A program made the translations under genes and the position numbers. 64,000 nucleotides of DNA from Blasia pusilla (taxonomy: Eukaryota), in contig CM114271.1 in NCBI GenBank assembly GCA_050084515.1, forward strand, positions 34,162,001 through 34,226,000, written 5' to 3'. The notes under the pieces are model-generated. The model was not told where the DNA came from. It was given only the letters and a program-made list of their open reading frames with translations, and made no database searches. Shown here one piece after another: positions 52,126-64,000 of the stretch (within the stretch, counting starts at the first letter, position 1; the number at the start of each line of letters is the position of its first letter).

Positions 52126-52797
52126 TACAGTCTATCTCACTCTATGCACACTCGACGCCACTGTCAGTGATGCAGTCATAGGTTTCACATGAAGACTGGC
52201 TCAGGATTCTATGCTTGCATCTTGCAGTGGGGATGTGAGTGATGGGGCCATGATACACAAGTTTAATTACCGAGAACATTTGCCATCACATTGAATCTCA
52301 TCAAAGCAAGAATGAGCCCACTTCAGGAGGAAAGTGTTCCATTTCTCAACCAAAACGAATGAAATTCGAATATAGGACCTCATAGCCATGAACTCTTCGA
52401 CAAAGCACTTTTTTGGTGACCAAGCTTCCCCCGTTCAGGGTTAGGTCCCGGACCGCTTATAAAGATGTAATGTACACAGTGGGAATCACAAGAAGTGTGA
52501 TTGGCAGTGTAGGAATACCCACGATGGGAAATGGGGAAAAGCAAGAATTCCAGCTTGGCGAGCTAGTTTAGCCTGATCGAGGTTCTGCCACATTTGTGCT
52601 GCAGCCAACCCCTTGGTTTGGAATCATGCTATTGGCCCAACCCCTGAAAATAGCATGTGGAATTTTCAAATTCAGTGCTCCTACCTACACCTACGCCCAT
52701 TTGATCAAACGAATGAATGTTATCTAAGAAGCTCAACATCCAAATGGAGGATGTTGGAAGAATACTTTCTTTGCAGATGATCCCATGAAGCTCCATT

Positions 52798-55700
52798 TTA
52801 CTCGAACACCAAAAAGGCCGCGTCCCTGAAGATGGGCAGATCCTTGGCAACCGCAAGAGGCCGAACCAGACTGTCTTCCTCTGCTGTTGTTGTCTTTGTT
52901 TGAGAAGCTGCTTTCTCACTCTTGCATGCCATCTCCAAAAACAAGGTGTGCCTGTTGATTGTGCATACAAACCAGGCAAATGTCATCAGACACTTCCATC
53001 TTTCACAATAAATGCCAGCAAGGGGATGTACACCTTGCAAATATTTTGCAAACCTGATAAAACCAATATAGTTCCACAGCATGTAGCAGCAGAGGATCTG
53101 ATGAACTACCAACGAGTGTCGCCTGTAAGCTCTGGATGGAAAGCCGTAGCAAGAAGGTTGCCCTGCCTTACAGCCACAATAACCCTTTGGCCCTGTTCAA
53201 TAGCCTGCAACAACAAGACGAGCGATAACGATCTGATCAAGTACTGCAATGGCTTAACGAGTACTGATTCCAAGACAACTTTGGGATGTAATCCATGCAT
53301 CTTCTGGAGATCTTCACATGCAGCTCACATGTCTTCCTCACTTTTGTCTAATGTACAATTTAAATTGTTGGTTTGATGAAGTAAGCCAAGTGTTCAATAT
53401 TAGGTCACCAGATATAACAAGAAGCTTGAAGAGTGTGACCATCCAGAGGACAACACTGGCTTATAGAACCCTCTAGTGTATCAAAGGTTCCTTCAGACCA
53501 ATCTTTTTCCCTTTAGCAACAGGGCTGTGCCCAGATCACCAGTGAAAGTTCTACTCCTCCAGATTTGCCCTTCGCCCTTTCGTCTCGAAGGACCAATTTT
53601 CATCGACTAAGGAAGGCGGCCCATTGACCTGTAAGATGGAAGGTGGAGAAGCACTTTACCGGACAGATTTATTAAAAGCGTGTTCTCCTGTGGTGGGATA
53701 ATTGTCTAACGCTGGATAATTTGGATCCTTGCTAGGGGTGCGTTTAGAAAGGTAGCCTATTTGGATGCTGTGTAGAAAACTGCGTCAGTCAAATTTAGGG
53801 ACCGTCCGAATCGACCTTGGGAGGATAGCATCCTGTCAGTCGAGTTCAAGTTAATTGAATTCAATCTTACTATCTGCAAAATTTCCTCTGGAGCAAAAGG
53901 AACGCACTAGCATTCTTGTCTACAGAGTTGACTTGAATCGATAACTGCTGTCAATAAATTTGACGGGAACCGATAGAATTATCGGCCCACTTCGACTTAA
54001 ACCAAACGAATCCTGCTGGTGAAGGGAAGATGCACCCCATTTGCTACACTCCTTGCCGAGCACCGTGACGATGACTCCACTGGTAGACTCACGGTAGGAA
54101 ACTCCAACGAAATTTCCAAATGCCTTAACGGCAGCATGGCGCACTGATCAGAAACCGGGCACGGGGAAGAACCGAGTACTTAAATGTGCTTCCCGAGAGT
54201 GACCGAACGTGCTCACCATCATCTCAGATCCTTCCCAGTGGCTTGATCTGAGATGTTGAGTGAGGAAAACTCCTCGACATTTCGAGCCTTGCACGAGCTG
54301 GCTCGAAATTTAAGGAAGCTTATTTTTTAAGGAAGTATTTTCAGTGGACAACCGTACCTATGACAATCAAACAGCAAATACAGTTTTCTTCATACCCCTT
54401 CTTCGGGAGACGCTGCTGACCGCACCATTATCTCGGCCAAAATTTCTACGGTTGGGCCCGCATCTATGATGGCAGGAGCTCGGATAAATACTGCACGAAA
54501 ATTCTCCGAGCCGCCGTGCGCAGCCAGGACCGGAGGTGCTGGTAGCTCCGTCTCAAAACTGTTCAGCTATTGGACACAGGCAGGAACACGTCTCAAATCA
54601 GTCGCCACTTTCACATTCTCTTCTCCAACCGAGAAGTCTTTAAGATCTGTCTCAAAGGACATCGTACTGTCAGTAACCAGCGCATTCGTCATCGCGAGCT
54701 GAAAGAGATAATGCCTCACAACGACCCTCTGCTACGCGCGCAGACATTTCGAGCCCGACATGTGCAAAATCCAGAAGCACTCACCTGGCTCCCGAAGAAA
54801 TTGCGGTGAACTGTACAATCCAAGCCTCCGAGAAGTGCCTGACCACCGGTCTTTTGACCTATTTGAGCAAATTCCGAGCGTCAGAAATGCGTGGCAGGAT
54901 CCTCCCCATCCTCTCTGAAAAACAGTTGCGAAGCTGCCTAGCACGGAGAAATCAACAAGTCCTCCAAATCCCTCGAAATGTCCCCAGACTTCTAGAGGGG
55001 GGAGAATCCTGATAAGTAACTGGTGGGTCGAGTTATTTTCACTGGTGTCACTTCAACGTTTCCTTCCACAGAGATTCAAAAGCAAGGCTGTCCTCGGCTT
55101 CGCAAGAAGCTCACTCACCCACTGCTTTGTCTGCCAGAAATATGAGACCTGCGCATGTGCCCCATATGGGTTTCCCGCTGGTACCAAATTCCTTAAGAGC
55201 GGGTATCTGCAATCCGAAAGGCTAGGAAGTCAGAGACAACACAAGAAAATGTAATACATTAATGAATTGAAAAGATGTGCCTTCGCAGCCTACGAATTCC
55301 TACAATCATTCACATCACATACCCAGCCTTACACCAATGTACATCTCATTATCCACAGTGTCCATTTCAGAGTCAAGGCAGCATAAACAGAGAAAAATTC
55401 GCTGATACGAAAATGAGCGAAATCAGCTTCGCTTTTTCCATGTCGACATCTCGAAGCTCTTGAGGACTGCCTAAACTCAAATTGCGACCAAAAGCATGTG
55501 CAGAAAACTGATGGGGTCAGGAGATAGGTACACACGAGTTTGTACTGCTCAGCAAGCTTGGCCATCGTGGTGCTCTCCCCACCAGGGATAATAAGGCCGT
55601 TCAAACCCGCGAGCTGCTCGGGCTTCCGCACTTCTACGCCCTCCACTCCGACTTTCTTCAGAGCTGCCAACCAAACGAAAGATTCAAGGATTCAATTAAC

Positions 55701-55938
55701 GAAGATTCACACGGCTACTTCTGCGTCCAATGTAGACCGAGGTGCCCAATCCACGAACGACACCAAGTCAGAGAAATCGCTTTCTCGCAGCAAGCTGGGA
55801 GAACAAAAGTGCCCGCAGAATTCTCTAATCCACCACTTGGGGCGAATTGCAAGCGCGAGCCCATGAGAGATACGCCACTCACTCACCAGCAATGTGTTCT
55901 TTGAAGGAGCCCTGCAACGCCAACACACCAACCGCCAT
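52798..55938 (-). CDS. PDX2: Pyridoxal 5'-phosphate synthase glutaminase subunit, about 7 exons
   Basis: Exons encode [44 protein letters not shown] (catalytic Cys), [50 protein letters not shown] (His/Glu) and a final exon ending [14 protein letters not shown]. Confidence 0.93.
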
Positions 55939-57251
55939 CGCTCCAATTCCACCCACCCTCCCCAACCTCCACTGGATTTGCGAGCGGCGACGCTGATCAC
56001 CGCCTTCTCTCTCCCCACCCCCCACGCCTCTACCAGAGCTCCACCGCTCCGGTAACTGTTACTTCTCCACCGGACGCGAACCTTCCTCAATCCTCCTCCT
56101 CCTCCTCACTTCTGCCCCTTCTCCTTCCTGGGGCCCTCTCTCACTGTTCTCCAGCGCTTCACGCAACCTCTGCTCCGCTCCCTCAGTGATTCCTTCTCCT
56201 TCTCTCTCTCTCTCTCTCTCTCTCTCTACCCTTCCCTTCCCTGACTCCTCCCTCTCCTCGACTCTCCGTTCGCGATCGGGAGTCGCTCTGCTGCCTCTGC
56301 AAGGCGAACCCAAACCCGGAGGGTTTGGGGTTTTAGTTCTCGCTCTTGAACTCCGGAAGATGCACGGATCCGGCTTCGTTCCGGTCGTCACGGACCCGTA
56401 GCTGCGCCGTCGTGATGGGTGGCCCGGGCCAGCGACTGTGGTAGGCACGCGGTTGACGGGTGGTGCAGAGTCCCGAGCTACAATAACGGCCGGGAATACA
56501 ATGCACCAGAGAGTGGGGGGCATATCGAGCTAGATGCCGGCTCCTCGGACATTGGAGCCCCTCTGGTAATGTCACTGTAACAAGACCGCGTACTCTGTAC
56601 AATATGTATGTGCTCTCCATTGCTCCACGTCATTGTATCTACCACTTAATTCCAAATTAATTAGAATATATATAGGATGTGAATGATTTTTTTTCTATTA
56701 ATTCTAATAGAAGCAATGCATTCTTTTAAAAAATTCAACTTTACATGCGTATCTATTTTTTAATTTATTTTCATCTCTTCAGTGGAATATTCCATCCCAT
56801 CTATTCAATTCGATGAATAAATTATTTTCATCTTTCAACCCTGATCGTAGAAAAAATAAACTTCCACCCTTTTAATTTCTTATGTCAACTTAAATGAGTC
56901 TCTTCAACCTAAACAAGTTGGTTTCCCTTAATTGGTTTTTGAATTTCCAAAGAGTAAACCTTTTTTAATTGAACTACCATTTTTAATATCCCGTGCCATG
57001 CAAGAGATTAAAATGATGGGTAATTTTGAATTACCCATCATTACTTGTCATTGTTGTGTAATCGAATGATTTAACTTCTTAATTTAATTTCGAGCAGGAC
57101 CTTATTAGTTGAGAGAGAGAGAGAGAGAGAGAGCCTATTGGCTAAAAGGGACGCAAGATCAGAGATGTTCTAAAATCAAGAAAGGGGTTCTTCAATAATC
57201 AAATAGATTTAAGATTCCCCATAATTCTCCATTCTATATATATATATATAT

Positions 57252-57280
57252 ACTAGTTCATGCATGTACGATGCACGGAT
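57252..57280 (-). mobile_element. Possible Helitron 3' terminus
   Basis: Minus strand reads CCGTGCATCGTACATGC-ATGAA-CTAG|T (decayed hairpin plus CTAG). Related CCCGTG..ATGCACGGG hairpins at ~56990 and ~57396. Confidence 0.4.
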
Positions 57281-59091
57281 TAAAAATAATGGATAATTTT
57301 GATTTACCATCCATAATGTACAATTGAATTCGAATTATCTTGTTTTCTTAGACAATCTTATTGGCTAGAAAGGTCATGTGTCAAGATAGTAGAGGCCCGT
57401 GACATGCACGGGTTTAAATCAACTCCTAAGATGCTAATTAGTTCTCAAAATTCTTGATTCTTGATTCCCCAAAATCCCCCAATCTACTTGATTTTAAATA
57501 GGAAAAACCGTCTCCTCTTCCTTCTTAAGTCCTTTCCTAGTGACTTACATTTCTTCTAGTTATATATGGATTTGCCTATAGAAGCATTATTTTATAAAAT
57601 CTCAAATAAATTGCGTGAGTAACTTTCGTTAAAAATGTTTCCTATTTTTTTAAAACATTATTTATTTTTCCCAAAAAAAATCTATTGAATCAGTTAGATA
57701 GATTTTCATTGTGATTTTGTCTTGTGTGATAGATCTTTTAAAAGATACATCAACAAAAGTTTTTCATATGCGAATATACAATGCCTATGGTACAAACTAA
57801 AACTAATTCTTTTTTATTGGATAGAGAGATTCACATCATCCATGACTTGGGCAAATCAAGAGAGATTCCTGCTTGATAGTACAAATGAATAGACTACAAA
57901 ATCTTTTTGTATTTTGCATGTGGAGGCCCCATCATGGAATCCACGTTTTTTGTACATGAAAGAAGTTAAGTGATCTAAACTAACTTGCCAACTTTTGGGG
58001 ATGAGAGTTTGTCTCAACCTAATCCTTGTCAATTAAGAAATCCTCCAATAGAAAAGATTGCCTTACGTGGGTAAAGAAGATAGAAAAAAGAAGGGTTTGA
58101 ACAAATTTAGTAGCATATGCTACATGGGCCTTTTCTTGTTCTTTTTCAACACATGGTCTAATTGGATAATAGATGCATGTATGTCAATTTCACCTCCCTA
58201 TATGGTAGTATTTTGTTATAAATTATTTTACTTCTAGAATTATTCAATTACTTAAACTATTCATTTTCTAAACCTCATAGTGCATATAATTTTAACGCAT
58301 TCAAAATATCTATCTTATAAAAAGGAATTTCTCAATCCATGTGATTTCAAAAAGAATTTGAACTTTGGCGTAAATAAATGCTATTTAAAGTTATTTTATG
58401 CTCCTTCTCATGTTTTTGAAATTAAAAATATGTATTTGAATTTTATTTTTTTAATCTCTATGTGACTATTGATACAACTAATCCTTTTATAGATGTAATA
58501 AATGAATATTTTATATATTTTTAAATCTTAATCTAAAATGAGGTTGTCTAGTAAATGTGTGATGAGCCATTATTTTTGGGTCCACTTGTGTTCTCATTTA
58601 TAATATTAAGACTATAGGGATTTCATGATAATGACGAGTAATAATTTTCCCAATGGGATTCAGCTTTCCATTTTAGAAAAAAAAACGATTCTTTTTTCCT
58701 AACATACTCTTTTCCTAACTCACTAACATACTCAACTTCCTTCCAACCATGATTCCATTGATTTGGAAATATAGTGACTCTTTCATTACCCTTTTTTTTC
58801 TTTCATTACTTTCCATGGTAACGAACTATACCATTATTGGTGTTAGGCCCCTTGGCTTCATATAGCAATTCTTAACACATGAAGTTCCCTTATGTGAATT
58901 TGAGATCGCATTTTTACAAAATAAACTAGTATGCGGGCCTTTGATAAATAGGGTGGGAGAAAAAAAAAAATTAGTTCGTAGTAGGAGGGAGAGGCACCAC
59001 AAGTTTGTATACCATGAGAGGAGAGAATACAAGGGAGGGGCACCACTAGTTTGTATGCCAGGTATATACAGGAGAGAATAGCCTTAAGGAG

Positions 59092-59351
59092 AGGAGAGAA
59101 TATGAGGGAGGGGAAGTTTTCGCAAGAGAGAGAAAATATCCGATAAAAAAACCACCAAGAGTGTGTGTATGAGGTCTATACACCATCACGGGAGAAAATA
59201 CTTGACTAAGAAAGAATAGGAGAGAATACGAGGGAGGGGAAGTTTTGGCAAGAGAGAGAAAATGCCCGATATACAAACCACCACTAGTGTGTATACGAGG
59301 TATAACCATATAACCATCATGGGAGAGAATACCAGATCGAGAAAGAATAGG
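59092..59351 (+). repeat. Tandem duplication of a ~126-bp purine-rich unit, with shorter related units from ~58980
   Basis: aggagagaata.gagggaggggaagtttt.gcaagagagagaaaat..ccgata occurs twice. Confidence 0.8.
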
Positions 59352-59913
59352 ACGGATGGGACGGAATTAGTAGGAGGTTGTCACGTGCTATGTGTTAAAG
59401 TCACACGAATATCATTAATCATACAAAATTAGCTCACACACATTTGCTACATGGATCCATGGTGGGCAGAAATGTAAAACTTTCATCCACGGTAGACAAC
59501 ATTCACACAAATCAAAGTAGCTTGCCCAGCCTAGATGCAAAGCAAAGCATACATGAGGGAGGCTGTAATCATTAAATGGAGCCAATTTTAGTAACATGAG
59601 GAATCTAAAAAATTCAATATCATTTACAACAACTCTTTTAGTGTCTAATGTAAATTTCAAAAGCCCCACATTGAGTAATACTATTTTTTCCATATTTAGG
59701 CATGAATATTCTTAGAAGCATCCATTTTTTTAAATGACCATTGCCAATATGTGTTGTTAGAATTTATGCTTTTAAAAGAGTAATAAAAAAATCCTTCATA
59801 ATTTTGTGTATTTGGGATTTGTTTTGTCCACATGTGTTGTTAGATTCACTATTATATTTACGATCAATTTGCAATTGTGACTCCCAAGAGTTACAACAAC
59901 TCGCAATTTACTT

Positions 59914-60503
59914 TGTCATAACTTAGTTAGCCAAAAGGTAAAATTCGATCTTGTTGACGACGTAGAAAGTAACAGATGGTTTGAGCATAACTTTAGCTTG
60001 AGGTGTCGGATGAGGTTGGCAATAACTCTATTTGGTTAGGATTATCGTCTAAGAAAATTCGTGTCTTTCGCTATATTGGGCCATATGACCCATTGACTGA
60101 GTCAACGAAATCGATCGGTAACCTATATACGTATATTACTAACCTAGGGCTATTTTGGGGGAAAGTTCCCTTTTGGCTCTTCCTAGGGATATATAGATGA
60201 AAGAGATGGCTTTCAAAAGCCATCTTTCTCATGTTGAGCCTTTGGAGCATTTAGAGTTTTAGGATTTGCTAGAGTCTTGATTCCCTCATGGCAAAGGGTG
60301 GATGTGGCTCAATATGTCGATGTAGATTCAAGAGTGGATTTGCGGTTGTGTTACTTTTACTTTGATTTTGTTATGTGAACTTGATGTACATGCATAAGTG
60401 TGTTTTTGTATTTTTGTGGAACTACCTATGTGTAGGGAAAATTAATGTTGTGTCCATGCGACCCAAAAATGTGGATTATGTAGCGATGTGTATACGCACA
60501 AAA
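59914..60503 (+). mobile_element. Diverged solo A+B terminal unit of the DNMT-gypsy family
   Basis: Reverse-complement blocks of A then B: gtgtcggatgaggttg, gggctatttt, gccatctttctcatgtt, tgtagcgat.tgtat.cgcac. Starts TGTCA; flanks ACTT/ACTC (3/4 TSD match). Confidence 0.8.
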
Positions 60504-60818
60504 ACTCACAATATAATCTTATGCTTATGAGTTTGCCACTAAAAAAAATCACAAATGAGAGAAATTTATTCATAATTTATTATTGTGATGTGAGTCAGAA
60601 AGGGCCATTCGTAATTGAATTGTGAATTCACAATTCAATTACAAAAATCTTGGAAGGTACTCAAAAACCATTTGCAATGTTTTTATAACTTTGCAATTAG
60701 ATTATGGGTTTTCACGGGTCTTCGTAGTCATTTTGATCACTCACAAGTTACTCACAAGGATCTCGCAAAGAAGTAACAAAAATGTAGTTAAAACGGAGAG
60801 GTAAAGATTTTGCACTTA

Positions 60819-61064
60819 TAATGTCTATTGGGGATCCCAATCAGGTAAAGTAGATGGTGTGGTGAAGAGTTTCTTGGTTGACACTTGGAAGCTCCGCACG
60901 AACACCTTGTTTGGTCAGCACTCACACTATATGAGAGTGTCTCCCTCCTCTCATATAGCACCTTCTTCACTTGTTCCTCTCTCTACACCCATCCCAATCT
61001 CAAGCACCGTCAAACCAGGGCGGAGGGTCTATGGTCACAAGGCTACGATAGACACTACTTAATG
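60819..61064. repeat. Dispersed ~245-bp repeat, copy 2
   Basis: Homologous to 51880-52125; followed by a (CT)n tract at ~61074-61106. Confidence 0.85.
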
Positions 61065-61071
61065 AGTAAAC

Positions 61072-61107
<36 letters not shown>

Positions 61108-62699
61108 GAAATATTAATTTTGGAAAAAATACTTATAGTAATATGAACTTCACTCATGTACATCTCCTTCAATATGAAGAAAATATACAACTCCATAATG
61201 CATAATTGATTTGATGACCTTGAGAGATCTCTCAACCTAAATTGTCAATTTTTTAACATGACTTTATAAGGAAAACTCTTTTAATATTACCCATGTTATA
61301 ACTCTAATACAATATCTTTACCATATTTCTCTACTTCTATTTTAGTAGGTAAAGGTGTAAACATGCGACCATCCATGGAATTGATAGAGATATGAGGCAT
61401 GCTTGCCCATCACAAAACAACAAATCAACCATTTAGAAACAGAAAAACATTTCCAAGGTTGATGCTTCACCAATATTCAAAAAGACAATGAAAAGCAACA
61501 AGCAATCAATATTCTTGAGGCAACCACTATAGAGGCTTTGTAATAGTGGATGTAGCACTTCCAAAGATACACCTCCAACACCATCACCAAGAATCCCTCC
61601 AACAACTGAGGGAACTCCTAAAAAGGAGGAAAAGTAATAATATGTAGAAGTGGAGGCCTCTCAGCACATGCAACACCTTTGCAATTTTTCCTTTACTCTT
61701 GGCTAGGATGAATCTTCTTCTAAAGATGATCAAGAGTACTATCCAACTCTCATTCTTCTTGATGGAGAATTCATAACGCTACTACATATGGGAGAATTTG
61801 GCATTTGTGATTTTACCCAAGGAATGCTATCTTAGAAAATAAAAACATAGGTGCCATATTGACCTCTACCCAAGATTGAAACAACCAACCCATCGCTAGA
61901 TTTGGAGGTGGATAGTTTTGGCTATGATCAAACTCTATGGGGCAACCTATTCAACTCAAGCTCTAATACAAGCTCAAAGGACACAAGTTCATCCATCAAC
62001 TATTTCAAGGATGGAGACCATTCCTTCACCTGAGGAGAAGCTTTAGTGAAAATTACATTCCAAAAAATAATTTTTTCACATGTTAATTCCCATTGGAGTT
62101 TGTTACGGCCCCTACAAGAAGTCAACTCCAAGTGCAGAGCTTGAAGAATGCAAGTTATTATGCACGCTTCTGGACCTTAGGATATGAGTTTTTAACGACC
62201 CGATTCGATTTGTGTTCTCAGTGTTCTCCGACCCTCCAAACATATGGGGGCGCCGTATTACTCAAGATCTCAATGTGTATTACTCCCTATCCCTATTTCC
62301 GAATCCGATTCGTGTTGTGTTACTCCTGACTATTAGTGTTTCCAAACTCCTCCATTATAAAATTCAAAACCCTAAAAAGGACTCGCACTGATTTAAATAA
62401 GAAATATGTGAAATATTATTAATTATCAAAAGAAATTTGGAACATGCTAAACGGTAATTTACTTACAAAACATTTGTCGAATATATAAATATCCCCCGTG
62501 CATGCACCGCCATCCACGTCAGCACACAAGGACATTTGTCACTGTCCAAAGGCCGACAGCCGATCGAAGATATCTTGTATCCTACGTCCGCCGTCCGTCC
62601 ACGGCAGTGGTAGCCTGGGACACAGTAGCGGGGAGCACTGTGTCCTCGAATCCCACTGGAGCGAGAGAGCGAGAGAAAATACGACAAGAATCCACACTA

Positions 62700-62760
62700 A
62701 CGACGTGGAATGTGACCACGTAGCACGTGAGGCACACGTGCTGGAAGATCGGCCACGTCG
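62700..62760. promoter_or_regulatory. Dense G-box/ABRE (ACGT-core) cluster
   Basis: Five ACGT cores in 60 bp, including two CACGTG; a further CACACGTGGC lies at ~63008. Confidence 0.4.
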
Positions 62761-64000
62761 CAGTGCCTCCCCCGACCGGGTTCTCAGTTAGTTCGTGTAC
62801 AAACGGAATGTCGGACTTCCGTGACACGTCACCACCCGTCATCCCAGCGACCTTCGTCGTACGGGTGAAGGTCGCTTGACGCGCCGCGTAGCCCGTGCTA
62901 CATTCGGAAGAAAGAAAGGAGGAAAGAAAAAGACAGAAAGATCTTGCTGCTGCTATCTTTACAGTTTCCAGCTCGGGCTGACTCTGACGCGGGCGTAGGA
63001 GCCGCACACACGTGGCTTTTCCAATCACAAAAAAGATATTCTTACTCGCAAAGTTTCTCTTAACTAATCATTTCGACCCGTTAAGAAGTGTCTAAACGGA
63101 ACAAGATGTGGAATTTGTATTTAGTAAAGAAGGGATGTCCATTTTGTTATGTAAACAAAGAAATCCAAAAACAAGAAATGTGAAAATATAATGGTATTTA
63201 ACCAACGTAAAAAACAATTTGTGTATTTCATGATTAATAGTTTAAAACAATTTGGCATGAGTATTAGTGGTCGGTCATATGTGAATGGATGACAAAAAGA
63301 GTGGTCACACATCATTTCGGTGCATCGTGTCAACTTTAGTACTTGTAAATATTGTGATGCCACCAATATATATTGTTGATAATAAGTAGTGAAAGCGGAA
63401 AGAGATGGATAATTCTCAAGGGAATGGTAAGCACATATTTTTATGACAACATCAAAAGATACATGTGAGTGCCCAAAGATTCCAATGCATAAGGGGTAAA
63501 TTCATTGATTACATGTCTCACCACATCACTGAACTCCTTCATTCTTGTTGCTACATCAATTCGGGACTTATAGTATGTGCAACTTGAGACACCAAGTGAG
63601 AATTTATAGGATTAGAAACCATCACATCACTAATAGAAAAAAGCCACCTCCAGAGATAACTTGGTGAACTTCTTGGCGAGAGGTTGCTTTTGGTGTAAAA
63701 TGTAGGATATCTAGTTGCTCTTGCCCAAAGGTGTCACATGAAGTACGAGTCATTGATATTATATCCTCTCTATCTGAATCTTCTTGTAAGACCCCTCTTG
63801 TTGAGTCAACATTTTTCACTTGTCAAATGATCCATATTAAGGGGAAGGATCTATTATTCCAAGGATATTTGAGATCTCCTCAAGCCCTTCTTCCACTTAC
63901 AACACAAGCAGTTCTATCCCTCATTCCCCTTTCAATCAATTGATTACATAAGGTCCTAGTCGACTTCAAGAGCTTATCTTTCAGAATTTGCACCAACATA

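Noticed and set aside
58980-59351. Repeat-spacer-like pattern (CRISPR-like)
   Set aside because: The units are degenerate tandem duplications without unique spacers; the context is eukaryotic and has no cas genes.

Overview
Eukaryotic nuclear DNA from a plant, most likely a non-seed land plant. This is inferred from spliceosomal introns, plant-type genes, CRE-clade LINEs and a DNMT3-like domain; the species cannot be determined. Host genes, all on the minus strand: an intronless 972-aa PKS/BIG GRAIN-motif protein (13169-16087), a 13-exon CHY1/HIBCH-type 3-hydroxyisobutyryl-CoA hydrolase (44002-48171) and PDX2 (52798-55938). Transposons: a decayed CRE-clade RLE-type LINE (~1900-5600) plus a 3' fragment (~39811-40330), and a hAT/ZNF862-like DNA transposon with an 8-bp TSD (18304-22644). 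The standout is a 7.25-kb Ty3/gypsy retrotransposon (32408-39660, TG..CA, 4-bp TSD) with four unusual features: (i) a DNMT3-like cytosine methyltransferase between protease and RT; (ii) a PHD finger on the integrase; (iii) DIRS/PAT-like split direct repeats (A-pol-B-A-B) instead of two ordinary LTRs, despite a DDE integrase; (iv) a 14-nt Tf1-style self-priming site where a tRNA PBS would be. A diverged solo A+B unit of the same family lies at 59914-60503. Much of the remaining AT-rich DNA looks like unclassifiable TE relics.
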